Source: Arenicellales bacterium
Lineage (GTDB): Bacteria > Pseudomonadota > Gammaproteobacteria > Arenicellales > JAJDZL01
Reading direction: 5' to 3'
NCBI GenBank assembly: GCA_965200545.1
Contig: CBDAUJ010000002.1
Location: forward strand, 1,224,850-1,288,849
DNA length: 64,000 nt
The position numbers and the translations under genes are program-made. This document shows positions 51,401 through 59,883 of the stretch, piece after piece; positions within the stretch are counted from its first letter, which is position 1; each line of letters starts with the position of its first letter. Below the pieces are notes generated by a model. It had not been told where the DNA came from. It did no database searches and worked only from the letters and a program-made list of their open reading frames with translations.

Positions 51401-51967
51401 GCGGTGCGCAACGCGGACCAGCGTCAGGCGCCGGGCATAACGGGTTTGAGCGAAGCTGTTGCGGTGAATTACGCCAAGGTGCTGGCTTTCAAAGATGAGT
51501 ATGAGGTTGCACGGCAACTGAGCAGCGCTGCTTTTCAGCGCGAACTGAAAGATCAGTTCAGCGGTGACTTTACACTCGAGTATCATTTGGCGCCGCCAGT
51601 CTTCTCCAGAAAGGATGCGGTCACTGGATTGCCAGTCAAGCGGACATTCGGACCTTGGGTCGCACCCGTTCTGCGTTTGGTTGCCAAGCTGAAATTCCTG
51701 CGCGGGCGCGGCTTGGATCCGTTTGCATGGTCGGCGGATCGAAAACTGGAGCGAAGATTGATTGATTTGTATGAGCAAGTATTGCACGAGGTGGTCGCAG
51801 ACCTGTCAGTCGAAAATTACGCCATTGCGACTGAATTGGCTGCGTTCCCTGACCCGATTCGCGGATACGGACATGTAAAACAGCGCAGCTTTGAGGCTGC
51901 ACTGGAGCGACTGGATCAGATAAGAACTGAATTTCAAAGCGGCAGACGTTCATCTCAAGCAGCGTGA
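48485..51967 (+). CDS. Indolepyruvate/2-oxoacid:ferredoxin oxidoreductase, fused alpha-beta form
   Basis: 1160-aa ORF. N-terminus LNDKYTATSGRIFVTGIQALVRL, a TPP domain, and the 4Fe-4S motif CEGCGDCGVQSNC. Confidence 0.88.
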   Translation: MPAQGLRMHTDISLNDKYTATSGRIFVTGIQALVRLALQQRRVDQANGLNTAGYISGYRGSPLGSFDQQLWQAKEFLDTHKIVFQPGINEDLAATAIWGTQQAELNGEGKYDGVFAIWYGKGPGVDRSGDAFRHANLAGTSRYGGVLAALGDDHACESSTTAHQSEFALVDAMMPILNPASVQDILDFGLVGWQLSRFSGCWVGLKCVHDTVEATSSIELTQPYPQLLNPEDFGLPAAGLNIRLPDTPLAQEQRLHQFKLPAVHRYWRENSLDRLIYDPPDATVGIITTGKSYSDVRRALSELHIDQAEAVRLGLRLCKLALSWPIEREGLLRFAKGLKKIIVIEEKRPLVEDQVKNLLYSCAQRPSVVGKLDEQGKSLLPSTARLDAMQIAYALGSQLLTQVPSETLRSALQAVQSILDRAPAPAPMQRMPYFCAGCPHNTSTKVPQDSIALAGIGCHYMVQWMDRSTARYTQMGAEGASWIGESRFSKRDHVFQNIGDGTYLHSGIMAIRAAVASATTITFKVLYNDAVAMTGGQPMDGPLTVGQIAHQLIAEGVRQVVVVTDDVEKCRRNNTVPVEVKIEDRSHLNAIQRKIREISGVTAIIYDQTCAAEKRRRRKRGQYPDPAKHVFINTEVCEGCGDCGVQSNCVAILPHETEFGRKRRIDQSACNKDYSCINGFCPSFVTVNGGAPRKPAVDAASDRFDGSELPPPVVMQIKREYCIVVNGVGGTGVITVGAVLGMAAHIANLGCSVLDMLGLAQKGGAVMSNLIIAKTPRDISSVHVARAGADLVIGGDLVVSASEKTLDTIKLDKTSVIVNSYEMMSGDFARLRDLEFPGKRLQMLISDAADASRVTFVNANRYAENLFGNTLAANLFLVGIAIQEGLIPIPLAAIEKAIELNGRSVKMNLLALHRGRQFVVAPQAVEAALAVHCPLPPASRSSGLDEMIARRIKHLTEYQNAAYAQRYQTMVQAVRNADQRQAPGITGLSEAVAVNYAKVLAFKDEYEVARQLSSAAFQRELKDQFSGDFTLEYHLAPPVFSRKDAVTGLPVKRTFGPWVAPVLRLVAKLKFLRGRGLDPFAWSADRKLERRLIDLYEQVLHEVVADLSVENYAIATELAAFPDPIRGYGHVKQRSFEAALERLDQIRTEFQSGRRSSQAA

Positions 51968-52056
51968 CCCAATTTTCGGGCCGTATCGATTGACTAGATT
52001 GCCGCTGCGCTTCAGCGACTTAATATTCGAAATTCCATTTGGCCAACACAGAAATT

Positions 52057-53241
52057 ATGGCAGTATCAGAGCAAGCCCGATTTAGCTGGCAGGATCCGCT
52101 TTCGCTGGATGACCAGCTCAGCGATTCCGAGCGACTAGTCCGGGATACGGCACAGCGCTATGCACAAGAAGAGCTGATGCCCGGGATTATCGAGGCCAAT
52201 CGCAACGAGAGGTTTGACCTGTCAATCGCTCGGCAGATGGGTGAGCTCGGATTGCTCGGGCCGACAATTGAGGGTTATGGGTGTGCGGGCCTGAACTATG
52301 TCAGCTACGGTTTGATCGCCCGTGAAATCGAGCGCGTTGACAGCGGTTACCGATCGTTCATGAGTGTTCAGTCGTCACTGGTCATGTATCCCATCTTCCG
52401 CTACGGCAGTGAATCGCAGCGGGAGCAGTATCTGCCGCAGCTCGCGCAAGGCAAGATGATTGGCTGTTTTGGACTGACGGAGCCCGATCATGGTTCAGAT
52501 CCCGGCAGTATGACCACCCGCGCCGTCAAAGTGCCGGGCGGCTATCGACTGTCCGGTGAGAAAACTTGGATTTCAAATGCACCGGTCGCTGATTTGTGTC
52601 TGGTCTGGGCCAAAGACGAGACTGACGCAATCCGTGGTTTTTTGCTTGAGCGCGGCAGCAAGGGTTTGGAAACACCTCAAATTGCCGGCAAGTTTTCGCT
52701 GCGCGCATCGGCTACCGGCAGTATCGTAATGCAAGATGTATTTGTGCCCGAGGCATTGGCTTTGCCTGAAGCGAAGGGTTTGAAAGGCCCGTTTTCATGC
52801 CTTACAATGGCGCGCTTTGGCATCGGCTGGGGCGCTCTCGGTGCAGCCGAATTTTGCTGGCATGCGGCTTTGGAATATGCGCTCAATCGCAAGCAGTTCG
52901 GCCGGCCGCTGGCCGCGACCCAGCTGGTGCAAAAAAAACTCGCTGACATGCAAACGGAGATTGCACTAGGATTGCAAGGATGTCTGCGGGCCGGCCGACT
53001 GATGGATGCGGGCACCATACGCCATGAACTGATTAGCCTGCTCAAGCGAAACAGTGCCGGCAAGGCGCTGGATATTGCGCGGGCTGCCCGAGATATTCAC
53101 GGCGGCAATGGCGTTAGTGACGAGTATCATGTGATTCGTCATTGCATGAATTTGGAATCGGTCAATACCTATGAGGGCACGCATGATATTCACGCTCTGA
53201 TACTAGGTCGATCGCAGACCGGCATCGCTGCATTCGAGTAA
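52057..53241 (+). CDS. gcdH: Glutaryl-CoA dehydrogenase
   Basis: [24 protein letters not shown]...[36 protein letters not shown] is typical of GcdH. The ATG at 52057 is preferred over the TTG at 52039. Confidence 0.85.
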   Translation: MAVSEQARFSWQDPLSLDDQLSDSERLVRDTAQRYAQEELMPGIIEANRNERFDLSIARQMGELGLLGPTIEGYGCAGLNYVSYGLIAREIERVDSGYRSFMSVQSSLVMYPIFRYGSESQREQYLPQLAQGKMIGCFGLTEPDHGSDPGSMTTRAVKVPGGYRLSGEKTWISNAPVADLCLVWAKDETDAIRGFLLERGSKGLETPQIAGKFSLRASATGSIVMQDVFVPEALALPEAKGLKGPFSCLTMARFGIGWGALGAAEFCWHAALEYALNRKQFGRPLAATQLVQKKLADMQTEIALGLQGCLRAGRLMDAGTIRHELISLLKRNSAGKALDIARAARDIHGGNGVSDEYHVIRHCMNLESVNTYEGTHDIHALILGRSQTGIAAFE

Positions 53242-53301
53242 AGTTCGGTTGCAGGTATTTGAATCCAAAGGTGCAATCTACAATTATCAACAGAGGTTCC
53301 T

Positions 53302-54753
53302 ATGAATATTTCTGATTCATCACTGTTTCGACAACAGTGCTATATCGATGGCAAGTGGCTTGATGCCGATGACGGTTCGAGTCTGGAGGTTCACAACCCG
53401 TCCAACGGTTCGCTGATCGGTTCCGTCCCCAGAATGGGGGGTGCCGAAACCAAAAGAGCGATTGAAGCCGCCGACGCGGCTTTTCGATCCTGGCGCCATC
53501 TGACTGCCAAGCAAAGGGCGGTGCCGTTGCGCAAACTTGCCGAGCTGATGCTGGCTAATCAGGAAGATCTGGCCGCGATTATGACGACCGAGCAGGGCAA
53601 ACCGCTTGCGGAAGCGCGCGGGGAGGTGCTGTACGCAGCGTCGTTTTTTGAGTGGTTTGCCGAAGAAGGCAAACGCATCTACGGCGATGTGATACCGCAG
53701 CACCAAAACGATCGCAGAATTGTGGTCATCAAGGAGCCCGTGGGTGTCTGTGCCGCAATTACACCCTGGAATTTCCCATCGGCGATGATCACCCGCAAGG
53801 CAGGCCCCGCGTTGGCGGCGGGTTGCGCCATGGTGATCAAACCGGCGAGCGCGACTCCGTATTCAGCATTGGCTCTTTGTGAACTGGCTGAGCGCGCTGG
53901 ATTGCCCGCAGGTTTGATCAACGTTGTGACTGGCTCATCGTCGCAGATCGGCGGTGAAATGACTTCCAATTCGACAGTTCGAAAACTTACTTTTACCGGC
54001 TCGACAAATATCGGTAAAGTACTGATGCGTCAGTGCGCCGACACGGTTAAGAAAATGTCGATGGAACTCGGCGGCAATGCGCCTTTTGTCGTTTTCGATG
54101 ATGCAGAAATCGATGCCGCCGTAAACGGAGCGATCGCCTGCAAATACCGCAATTCAGGCCAGACCTGCGTGTGTGCGAATCGCATTCTGGTGCAAGATGG
54201 AGTTTACGACGAGTTTGCCGAAAAATTCGCAGCAGCCGTGTCCAAGATGAATGTCGGCGATGGCTTTTCCGAGTGCGTAGATGTTGGCCCACTGATTGAT
54301 TTAGCGGCGGTTGACAAAGTCGAGGCGCATATTCAGGATGCGACTGGCAAGGGCGCTCAGGTTGTTGCCGGCGGCAGCCGCCACGAGCTCGGTGGACAAT
54401 TCTTTCAGCCGACTGTATTGACGTATGTGACTGACCAGATGAACGTGGCGAGAGAAGAGACATTCGGACCATTGGCGCCGCTGTTTCGGTTCTCGACTGA
54501 GGCAGAAGCCATCAAAATGGCGAATGATACCGAATTTGGTCTGGCAGCCTATGTCTACAGCAGAGACATCGGTCGAGTCTGGCGAGTGTCTGAAGGCATT
54601 GAATATGGGATTGTTGGCATCAATACTGGAATCATTTCAACCGAAGTGGCTCCGTTTGGCGGTATGAAGGAATCTGGATTTGGTCGTGAAGGTTCCAAGT
54701 ATGGTCTTGATGACTACTTGGAAATCAAGTATTTGTGCATGGCTGGCATATAG
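53302..54753 (+). CDS. gabD: NAD(P)-dependent succinate-semialdehyde (or glutarate-semialdehyde) dehydrogenase
   Basis: ALDH motifs MELGGNAPFVV and GQTCVCANR. Overall GabD/DavD-like. Confidence 0.85.
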   Translation: MNISDSSLFRQQCYIDGKWLDADDGSSLEVHNPSNGSLIGSVPRMGGAETKRAIEAADAAFRSWRHLTAKQRAVPLRKLAELMLANQEDLAAIMTTEQGKPLAEARGEVLYAASFFEWFAEEGKRIYGDVIPQHQNDRRIVVIKEPVGVCAAITPWNFPSAMITRKAGPALAAGCAMVIKPASATPYSALALCELAERAGLPAGLINVVTGSSSQIGGEMTSNSTVRKLTFTGSTNIGKVLMRQCADTVKKMSMELGGNAPFVVFDDAEIDAAVNGAIACKYRNSGQTCVCANRILVQDGVYDEFAEKFAAAVSKMNVGDGFSECVDVGPLIDLAAVDKVEAHIQDATGKGAQVVAGGSRHELGGQFFQPTVLTYVTDQMNVAREETFGPLAPLFRFSTEAEAIKMANDTEFGLAAYVYSRDIGRVWRVSEGIEYGIVGINTGIISTEVAPFGGMKESGFGREGSKYGLDDYLEIKYLCMAGI

Positions 54754-54812
54754 AAATCAGAGATTTGCAATGATTTTGTTCGTCGTCCATTTAGATTGAA
54801 TCGAGATTTGAG

Positions 54813-55412
54813 ATGGAGCCTTCTTTTCTGTATCCGCCCGCAGCCCCTTTTGAGTTTTTTGCGCAGTGGCTCAATGCCGCCTGCGAGGCCGAGATGCACG
54901 AGCCGAATGCCATGACTCTGGCAACGGTCGGCGCCGACGGCAGGCCGTCGGCGCGCCAGGTGCTGCTGAAAGACTACAGTGCGGCGGGGTTCGAGTTTTA
55001 CACAAGCTATGCAAGTCGCAAAGGGCTGGAAATGGCGGCCAATCCCCAAGTCAGCGCGGTGATGTTCTGGGACCGGCTGTATCGGCAGGTGCGCATTGAG
55101 GGGCGGGTGGAAAAACTCAGTGCCGAGGTGTCTGAGCGTTACTTTGCGGCACGGCCGCGCGGCAGTCAGATCAGTGCCGCCGCTTCGGCGCAAAGTGCGC
55201 CGATTGACAGTTATGGGGTATTGCAGGCGCGGGTCGCGGAACTTGAGCGTGAGTTCGCGGGCAAGCCGGTGCCGCGGCCGCCCCATTGGGGCGGCTACCG
55301 GATCCGGGCCGACCGCATTGAGTTTTGGCAAGGGCGGCGCAACCGGTTGCACGAGCGACTGTGCTACTGTCTTGCGGATGAGCAATGGGACTGGCGCTAT
55401 CTGGCACCCTGA
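54813..55412 (+). CDS. pdxH: Pyridoxamine 5'-phosphate oxidase
   Basis: Motifs RQVLLKDY, QVRIEGRVEKL and RIEFWQGR. Confidence 0.92.
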   Translation: MEPSFLYPPAAPFEFFAQWLNAACEAEMHEPNAMTLATVGADGRPSARQVLLKDYSAAGFEFYTSYASRKGLEMAANPQVSAVMFWDRLYRQVRIEGRVEKLSAEVSERYFAARPRGSQISAAASAQSAPIDSYGVLQARVAELEREFAGKPVPRPPHWGGYRIRADRIEFWQGRRNRLHERLCYCLADEQWDWRYLAP

Positions 55413-55652
55413 GGGCAGCCGATAGTGCAGTCGACTGCCGCAAGCGACATTTACAAGCCGGATTCAGGCTCGACGATGTGCTTGGCCGCTGCGACGGAGC
55501 AGCATCAGAGTCCAGAATAGCGCTTGAAAACTCAGTCTGAGCGCATGCCAGCCGGCAGCCCGCTGAATGCCTGCGCTTTCATTGGTCTTGTTAGATTTCT
55601 GCAAATTCGATAAAATCCAAATTTTAATGAACAGATATCCTAGGAGTATGCG

Positions 55653-56792
55653 ATGAGCAAATACAGTAAGAATGACTACATCGAAATGCTGGCGACAGGC
55701 GCAATGTCTCGTCGGGACTTCAGCAAGATTCTTGCCTCGGCGGGTGTGGTGACAGTGACTTATCCGATGATGTCACGCGTGGCCAATGCGGCCCCTGATG
55801 ACCATCCCAATGTGTTTACGTGGGAAGGGTGGGATTTGCCTGAGCACCATGGCCAATACTTTGAAAAATATGGCGAGTATCCAAATTTCGCAATTTTCGG
55901 AGATGAGGAAGAAGCATTTGCAAAAATGCAGGCCGGTGCAAAATTTGATGTGACGCATCCTTGTTCTTACAAAGTTGAGATTTGGCGGGATGCAGGAATA
56001 CTGCAGCCGATTGATGTAAGCCGACTCAGCCATTGGCCAGATGTAATCCCCAGCCTGAAAAATATTCCTGGAACCAAGACGGACGATGGGTCGATATGGT
56101 TTGTCGCCGCCGAATGGGGCAATACTTCTGTCATGTATCGTCCGGATCTCGTTGATCCGAAATATCAGGAAGAAGAGACTTGGGGCATACTTTGGGATGA
56201 GCGGTATGCTGGTCGTCTTTCCATGTCTGACAGTTTGATTGATGGTGTCATGGTCGCTGCGATTTATGGCGGTGCTGCCAATCCCTTCGACATGACCGAT
56301 GCTGAAGTTGAAACAACTCGCGAGCTGTTGCGTAAACAGTTGCCGCTGCTTCGCTACTATTGGTCGAGTCCGACCGATATTGAAAATTCAATGGCGGCCG
56401 GCGAATTGGTTGCAACCAGCGCGTGGAACGATGCGTTTACCGCGCTGAAAAATGCCGGTCATGATGTCAAATTCATGACTCCGAAAGAAGGTGCCATGAC
56501 GTGGGTCTGCGGTTTTTGCCTCATGGCGGATGCAAACCCGGATCTGCTGGAAAAGAGCTATGACGTGATTGATGCTTTCTTAAGTCCGGAGTCCGGCCAG
56601 TTTACGATTCTGGACGAGGGGTACGGCCCAGCCAATGCGAAAGCCTTCGATTTGGTATCCGATGAGGATTTGCAAAATCGTGGACTCAGTCGAGATCCTG
56701 AAGCGACTCTCAGCGCGGGTATTTTTCAAATCCCAATCAAGAACGAACCTGCGCTGCAAGGTATGTTTGAGGAGGTTAAAGCCGGATTGTAA
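55653..56792 (+). CDS. ABC transporter substrate-binding protein (PotD/PotF-like) with Tat-type signal
   Basis: N-terminus MSRRDFSKILASAGVV...ANA, followed by a solute-binding fold. Confidence 0.85.
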   Translation: MSKYSKNDYIEMLATGAMSRRDFSKILASAGVVTVTYPMMSRVANAAPDDHPNVFTWEGWDLPEHHGQYFEKYGEYPNFAIFGDEEEAFAKMQAGAKFDVTHPCSYKVEIWRDAGILQPIDVSRLSHWPDVIPSLKNIPGTKTDDGSIWFVAAEWGNTSVMYRPDLVDPKYQEEETWGILWDERYAGRLSMSDSLIDGVMVAAIYGGAANPFDMTDAEVETTRELLRKQLPLLRYYWSSPTDIENSMAAGELVATSAWNDAFTALKNAGHDVKFMTPKEGAMTWVCGFCLMADANPDLLEKSYDVIDAFLSPESGQFTILDEGYGPANAKAFDLVSDEDLQNRGLSRDPEATLSAGIFQIPIKNEPALQGMFEEVKAGL

Positions 56793-56924
56793 AAAACTGA
56801 CCTGCGATACAAAGATATCCGTCAGGATTTGAACAGGTGATGGTTCCGCGGACGGAACTGTCACCTGTCTGTCAGCGAAGCGGCAGACTTGCCTGTTTGC
56901 ATTGAATTGTGCTGATTCGCAATT

Positions 56925-57872
56925 TTGGCTCTTTCCCCATCTGATTTGCTTGCCGTGAGCAGCTTGGATACGACTTCTCCCAAAATTCCTTTCGCTGATC
57001 GAATCAAGATCGGCTATCGATCCAGTGATCAAGCGAAAGGCTATGCACTGCTTTCACCGACGCTGGTCGTCGTCTCTCTCGGTTTACTTTTTCCGTTGCT
57101 GATCCTGATTGTTCTCAGTTTCTGGAAACAAGAATATGTAAATTTGATTCAAACATTTACGCTCACAAATTACGCTGATTTTTTTCGGAAGAAAATCTAC
57201 TACCTGATTTTGTACCGATCCATCAAAATCTCGTTTTTTGTGATGCTGGTCACGGTCATTCTGGCGTATCCTCTGGCTTATTTCATCGCATTTCATGTCA
57301 AAAAGAACAAAATACGATGGATTATTTTGGTAACGATTCCGTTTTGGACAAGTTACCTGCTTCGGGTCTTCGCCTGGAAAGTGATATTAGGCTACAACGG
57401 TGTTGTCAATTCTTCCTTGTCGTCCTTGGGCATTGTCTCTGCGCCATTGGAATTTCTGCTGTACAACCCGACGGCGGTTGTCATTACACTCGCTCATGCC
57501 TGGGCCGCGGTCGCGATTTTGCCGATTTATGTTTCTTTGGAAAAAATCGACCGATCGCTGATTGAGGCGTCAAGAGACTTGGGCGAATCAGCGGTGATGA
57601 CCTTTATTCGCGTTACCCTGCCATTGTCACTGCCTGGGGTGATTGCAGCATGTCTGCTGGTATTTATCCCGACGGTGGGTGATTATGTAACACCCTCATT
57701 GGTTGGCGGACCGCGCGGGCTGATGATTGGCAATATCATTCAGTCAATGTTTGGCAAAGCTTTGAATTGGCCGTTAGGCGCCGCCTTGTCCATTATCTCA
57801 ATGCTCGTGGTAACAGCGGTGGTGTGCATGCTGCTGGGTGCAATCCAATTGTTTCGGAAAAAAGTCAGTTAG
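56925..57872 (+). CDS. ABC transporter permease
   Basis: 315-aa membrane ORF with a TTG start (uncertain) and the EAA loop IEASRDLGESAVMTF. Confidence 0.85.
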   Translation: MALSPSDLLAVSSLDTTSPKIPFADRIKIGYRSSDQAKGYALLSPTLVVVSLGLLFPLLILIVLSFWKQEYVNLIQTFTLTNYADFFRKKIYYLILYRSIKISFFVMLVTVILAYPLAYFIAFHVKKNKIRWIILVTIPFWTSYLLRVFAWKVILGYNGVVNSSLSSLGIVSAPLEFLLYNPTAVVITLAHAWAAVAILPIYVSLEKIDRSLIEASRDLGESAVMTFIRVTLPLSLPGVIAACLLVFIPTVGDYVTPSLVGGPRGLMIGNIIQSMFGKALNWPLGAALSIISMLVVTAVVCMLLGAIQLFRKKVS

Positions 57873-57881
57873 CGTCGGACC

Positions 57882-58691
57882 ATGGCAGGCAATCGAAAAA
57901 AGATCAATGCACTGGCCGTCTACGCGGTAGTCTACCTGATATTTCTGTATGCGCCGGTTGCCGTACTGCCGCTTTTTTCCTTTAACGATTCTCAGTATGT
58001 CACCTTTCCGCTGGTTGGCTTCACTTTGAAGTGGTATAGCCAGTTGGCTGACAGCCAAGGGTTGCAGCATGCATTTTTCAACAGTGTCAAGGTGGCCGTC
58101 TCGGTTGCTGTTTTGAGCACTTTGCTCGGTATTTTTGCGGCCAAGGCGGTCACGCGCTATCGCATGAGAAAAAGAGGGATGCTGATCGGATTCATTATGG
58201 TCCCGCTTGTAATCCCGGAAATTATTCTAGGCATATCGCTGCTGATGACCTTCAGCGTCAGCGAGATTGATCTGTCATTAATTACGGTGGGCATCGGGCA
58301 TCTGATGCTGTGTACACCGTTCTCGATGCTGGTGCTTATTTCAAGAATGGAGGGTTTTGACAGCAGTTTGGAAGAGGCATCTCAGGATTTGGGTGAAAAT
58401 GTCTGGTGGACGTTCTGGCGGGTCACATTCCCGATTATCCTTCCAGGTGTTGTTGCGAGCGTGCTGCTGACTTTTACCATCTCTTTTGATGAGTTTGTAT
58501 TGGCGTTCTTCTTATCCGGCACTGATGCGACGCTGCCAGTGCACATTTGGAGCCAGCTCAGATTTCCTGAGAAGCTGCCTTCAGTGCTGGCGCTTGGCGC
58601 AATCATCGTGGTCGCTTCAACCCTAGTCATCTTTGCGGCGGAGCTGGCGCGTCGCGGCGGCGTTCAATCCAATCGGCAGTCAGGAGTGTGA
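57882..58691 (+). CDS. ABC transporter permease
   Basis: 269-aa membrane ORF with the EAA loop EEASQDLGENVWWTF. Confidence 0.88.
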   Translation: MAGNRKKINALAVYAVVYLIFLYAPVAVLPLFSFNDSQYVTFPLVGFTLKWYSQLADSQGLQHAFFNSVKVAVSVAVLSTLLGIFAAKAVTRYRMRKRGMLIGFIMVPLVIPEIILGISLLMTFSVSEIDLSLITVGIGHLMLCTPFSMLVLISRMEGFDSSLEEASQDLGENVWWTFWRVTFPIILPGVVASVLLTFTISFDEFVLAFFLSGTDATLPVHIWSQLRFPEKLPSVLALGAIIVVASTLVIFAAELARRGGVQSNRQSGV

Positions 58692-58694
58692 GAC

Positions 58695-59792
58695 ATGTCT
58701 GATGCGATTATCTCAATCAAAAATGTAACCAAGATTTTCGGCGAGGTTCGAGCCGTCAACCAAGCCAATATCGAAGTCACAAGAGGCGAGTTCTTTTCGC
58801 TTTTGGGTCCCTCTGGCTGCGGCAAGACAACGCTGCTTCGAATGCTGGCGGGCTTCGAGCTGCCAACTGAGGGGACGGTAGAAATTGACGGGCAGGACGT
58901 GACCTTGTCAGCGCCGAACCGCAGGCCAGTGAACATGGTATTTCAGAACTATGCCATTTTTCCACATTTGAATGTGGAGTCCAATATCGCGTTCGGAATG
59001 CGCAAATCAGGCTTGTCGAAACTGGAACTGAAAAAGAAAATTGATGAGATGCTTGATTTGATCAAACTTCCCGGTTATGGAAACCGGGGGGCTAATGAGC
59101 TTTCCGGCGGTCAGCGCCAGCGAGTCGCTTTAGCCAGAGCTTTGATCAAGCAGCCTAAAGTGCTGCTGCTCGATGAGCCTTTAGGCGCACTGGACAAAAA
59201 ACTCCGAGAACAAATGCAAATTGAACTGCGTCAATTGCAGCAGCACGTTGGCATTACGTTTGTCTTTGTCACACACGATCAAGAGGAAGCGCTGACTTTA
59301 TCCGATCGTATCGCCGTGATGAATCAAGGCAACATCGTGGAAGTGTCCAGTCCAGGACAGCTGTATGAGAATCCTCAATCCAGGTTTGTGGCCGATTTCA
59401 TCGGCACAATCAACTTTTTTGAATGCACTCTGGACAGTTTCTCCGATGGAATCTGTGTCGCCAGCTCGCCGCATCTGGGTCAATTTCGAATCGGCATCTC
59501 AAAACCGGCAGTTGCGGTATCGGAGAAGTTCATTCTCGCCATCCGACCTGAGAAATTTTCTTTGGTGTTTGATGATGAAACGGATTCGCATAACGCGATT
59601 CAAGGTACGATGGGGCCTTCAGCCTACCTTGGTGACCGCAGTCATCTGTATATTTACGTTAAGGGTCGAGAGGAGCCGGTGTCGGTTGCATTGCAGAACC
59701 TGTCCGGCTCGCTGGACATGATTCGCCAGACCGATCGCAAGGTGTGGCTGACCTGGCCTGAAACAGCAGCGGTCATGCTGCCGCTGGATTGA
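58695..59792 (+). CDS. ABC transporter ATP-binding protein (PotA-like)
   Basis: Walker A GPSGCGKTT, signature LSGGQRQRVALARAL, Walker B LLLDEPLGALD. Confidence 0.92.
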   Translation: MSDAIISIKNVTKIFGEVRAVNQANIEVTRGEFFSLLGPSGCGKTTLLRMLAGFELPTEGTVEIDGQDVTLSAPNRRPVNMVFQNYAIFPHLNVESNIAFGMRKSGLSKLELKKKIDEMLDLIKLPGYGNRGANELSGGQRQRVALARALIKQPKVLLLDEPLGALDKKLREQMQIELRQLQQHVGITFVFVTHDQEEALTLSDRIAVMNQGNIVEVSSPGQLYENPQSRFVADFIGTINFFECTLDSFSDGICVASSPHLGQFRIGISKPAVAVSEKFILAIRPEKFSLVFDDETDSHNAIQGTMGPSAYLGDRSHLYIYVKGREEPVSVALQNLSGSLDMIRQTDRKVWLTWPETAAVMLPLD

Positions 59793-59883
59793 GGATGCCT
59801 ATTCAGTCACGAGCCGATTCATTGACGCTTTCATCGGTGCTGGCGAAGTGTCGGCATAAATTCTTTCAAAAAAGGGCCAAGCC

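Noticed and set aside
50246-51787. 513-aa ORF on the minus strand
   Set aside because: It lies entirely antisense to the well-supported indolepyruvate:ferredoxin oxidoreductase gene. The translation is Arg/His/Cys-rich with no motifs. It looks like a typical shadow ORF produced by the codon bias of the sense gene.
54714-55443. Minus-strand ORFs of 223 and 90 aa and plus-strand off-frame ORFs
   Set aside because: They overlap pdxH, whose frame carries clear family motifs. The others are compositional artefacts.
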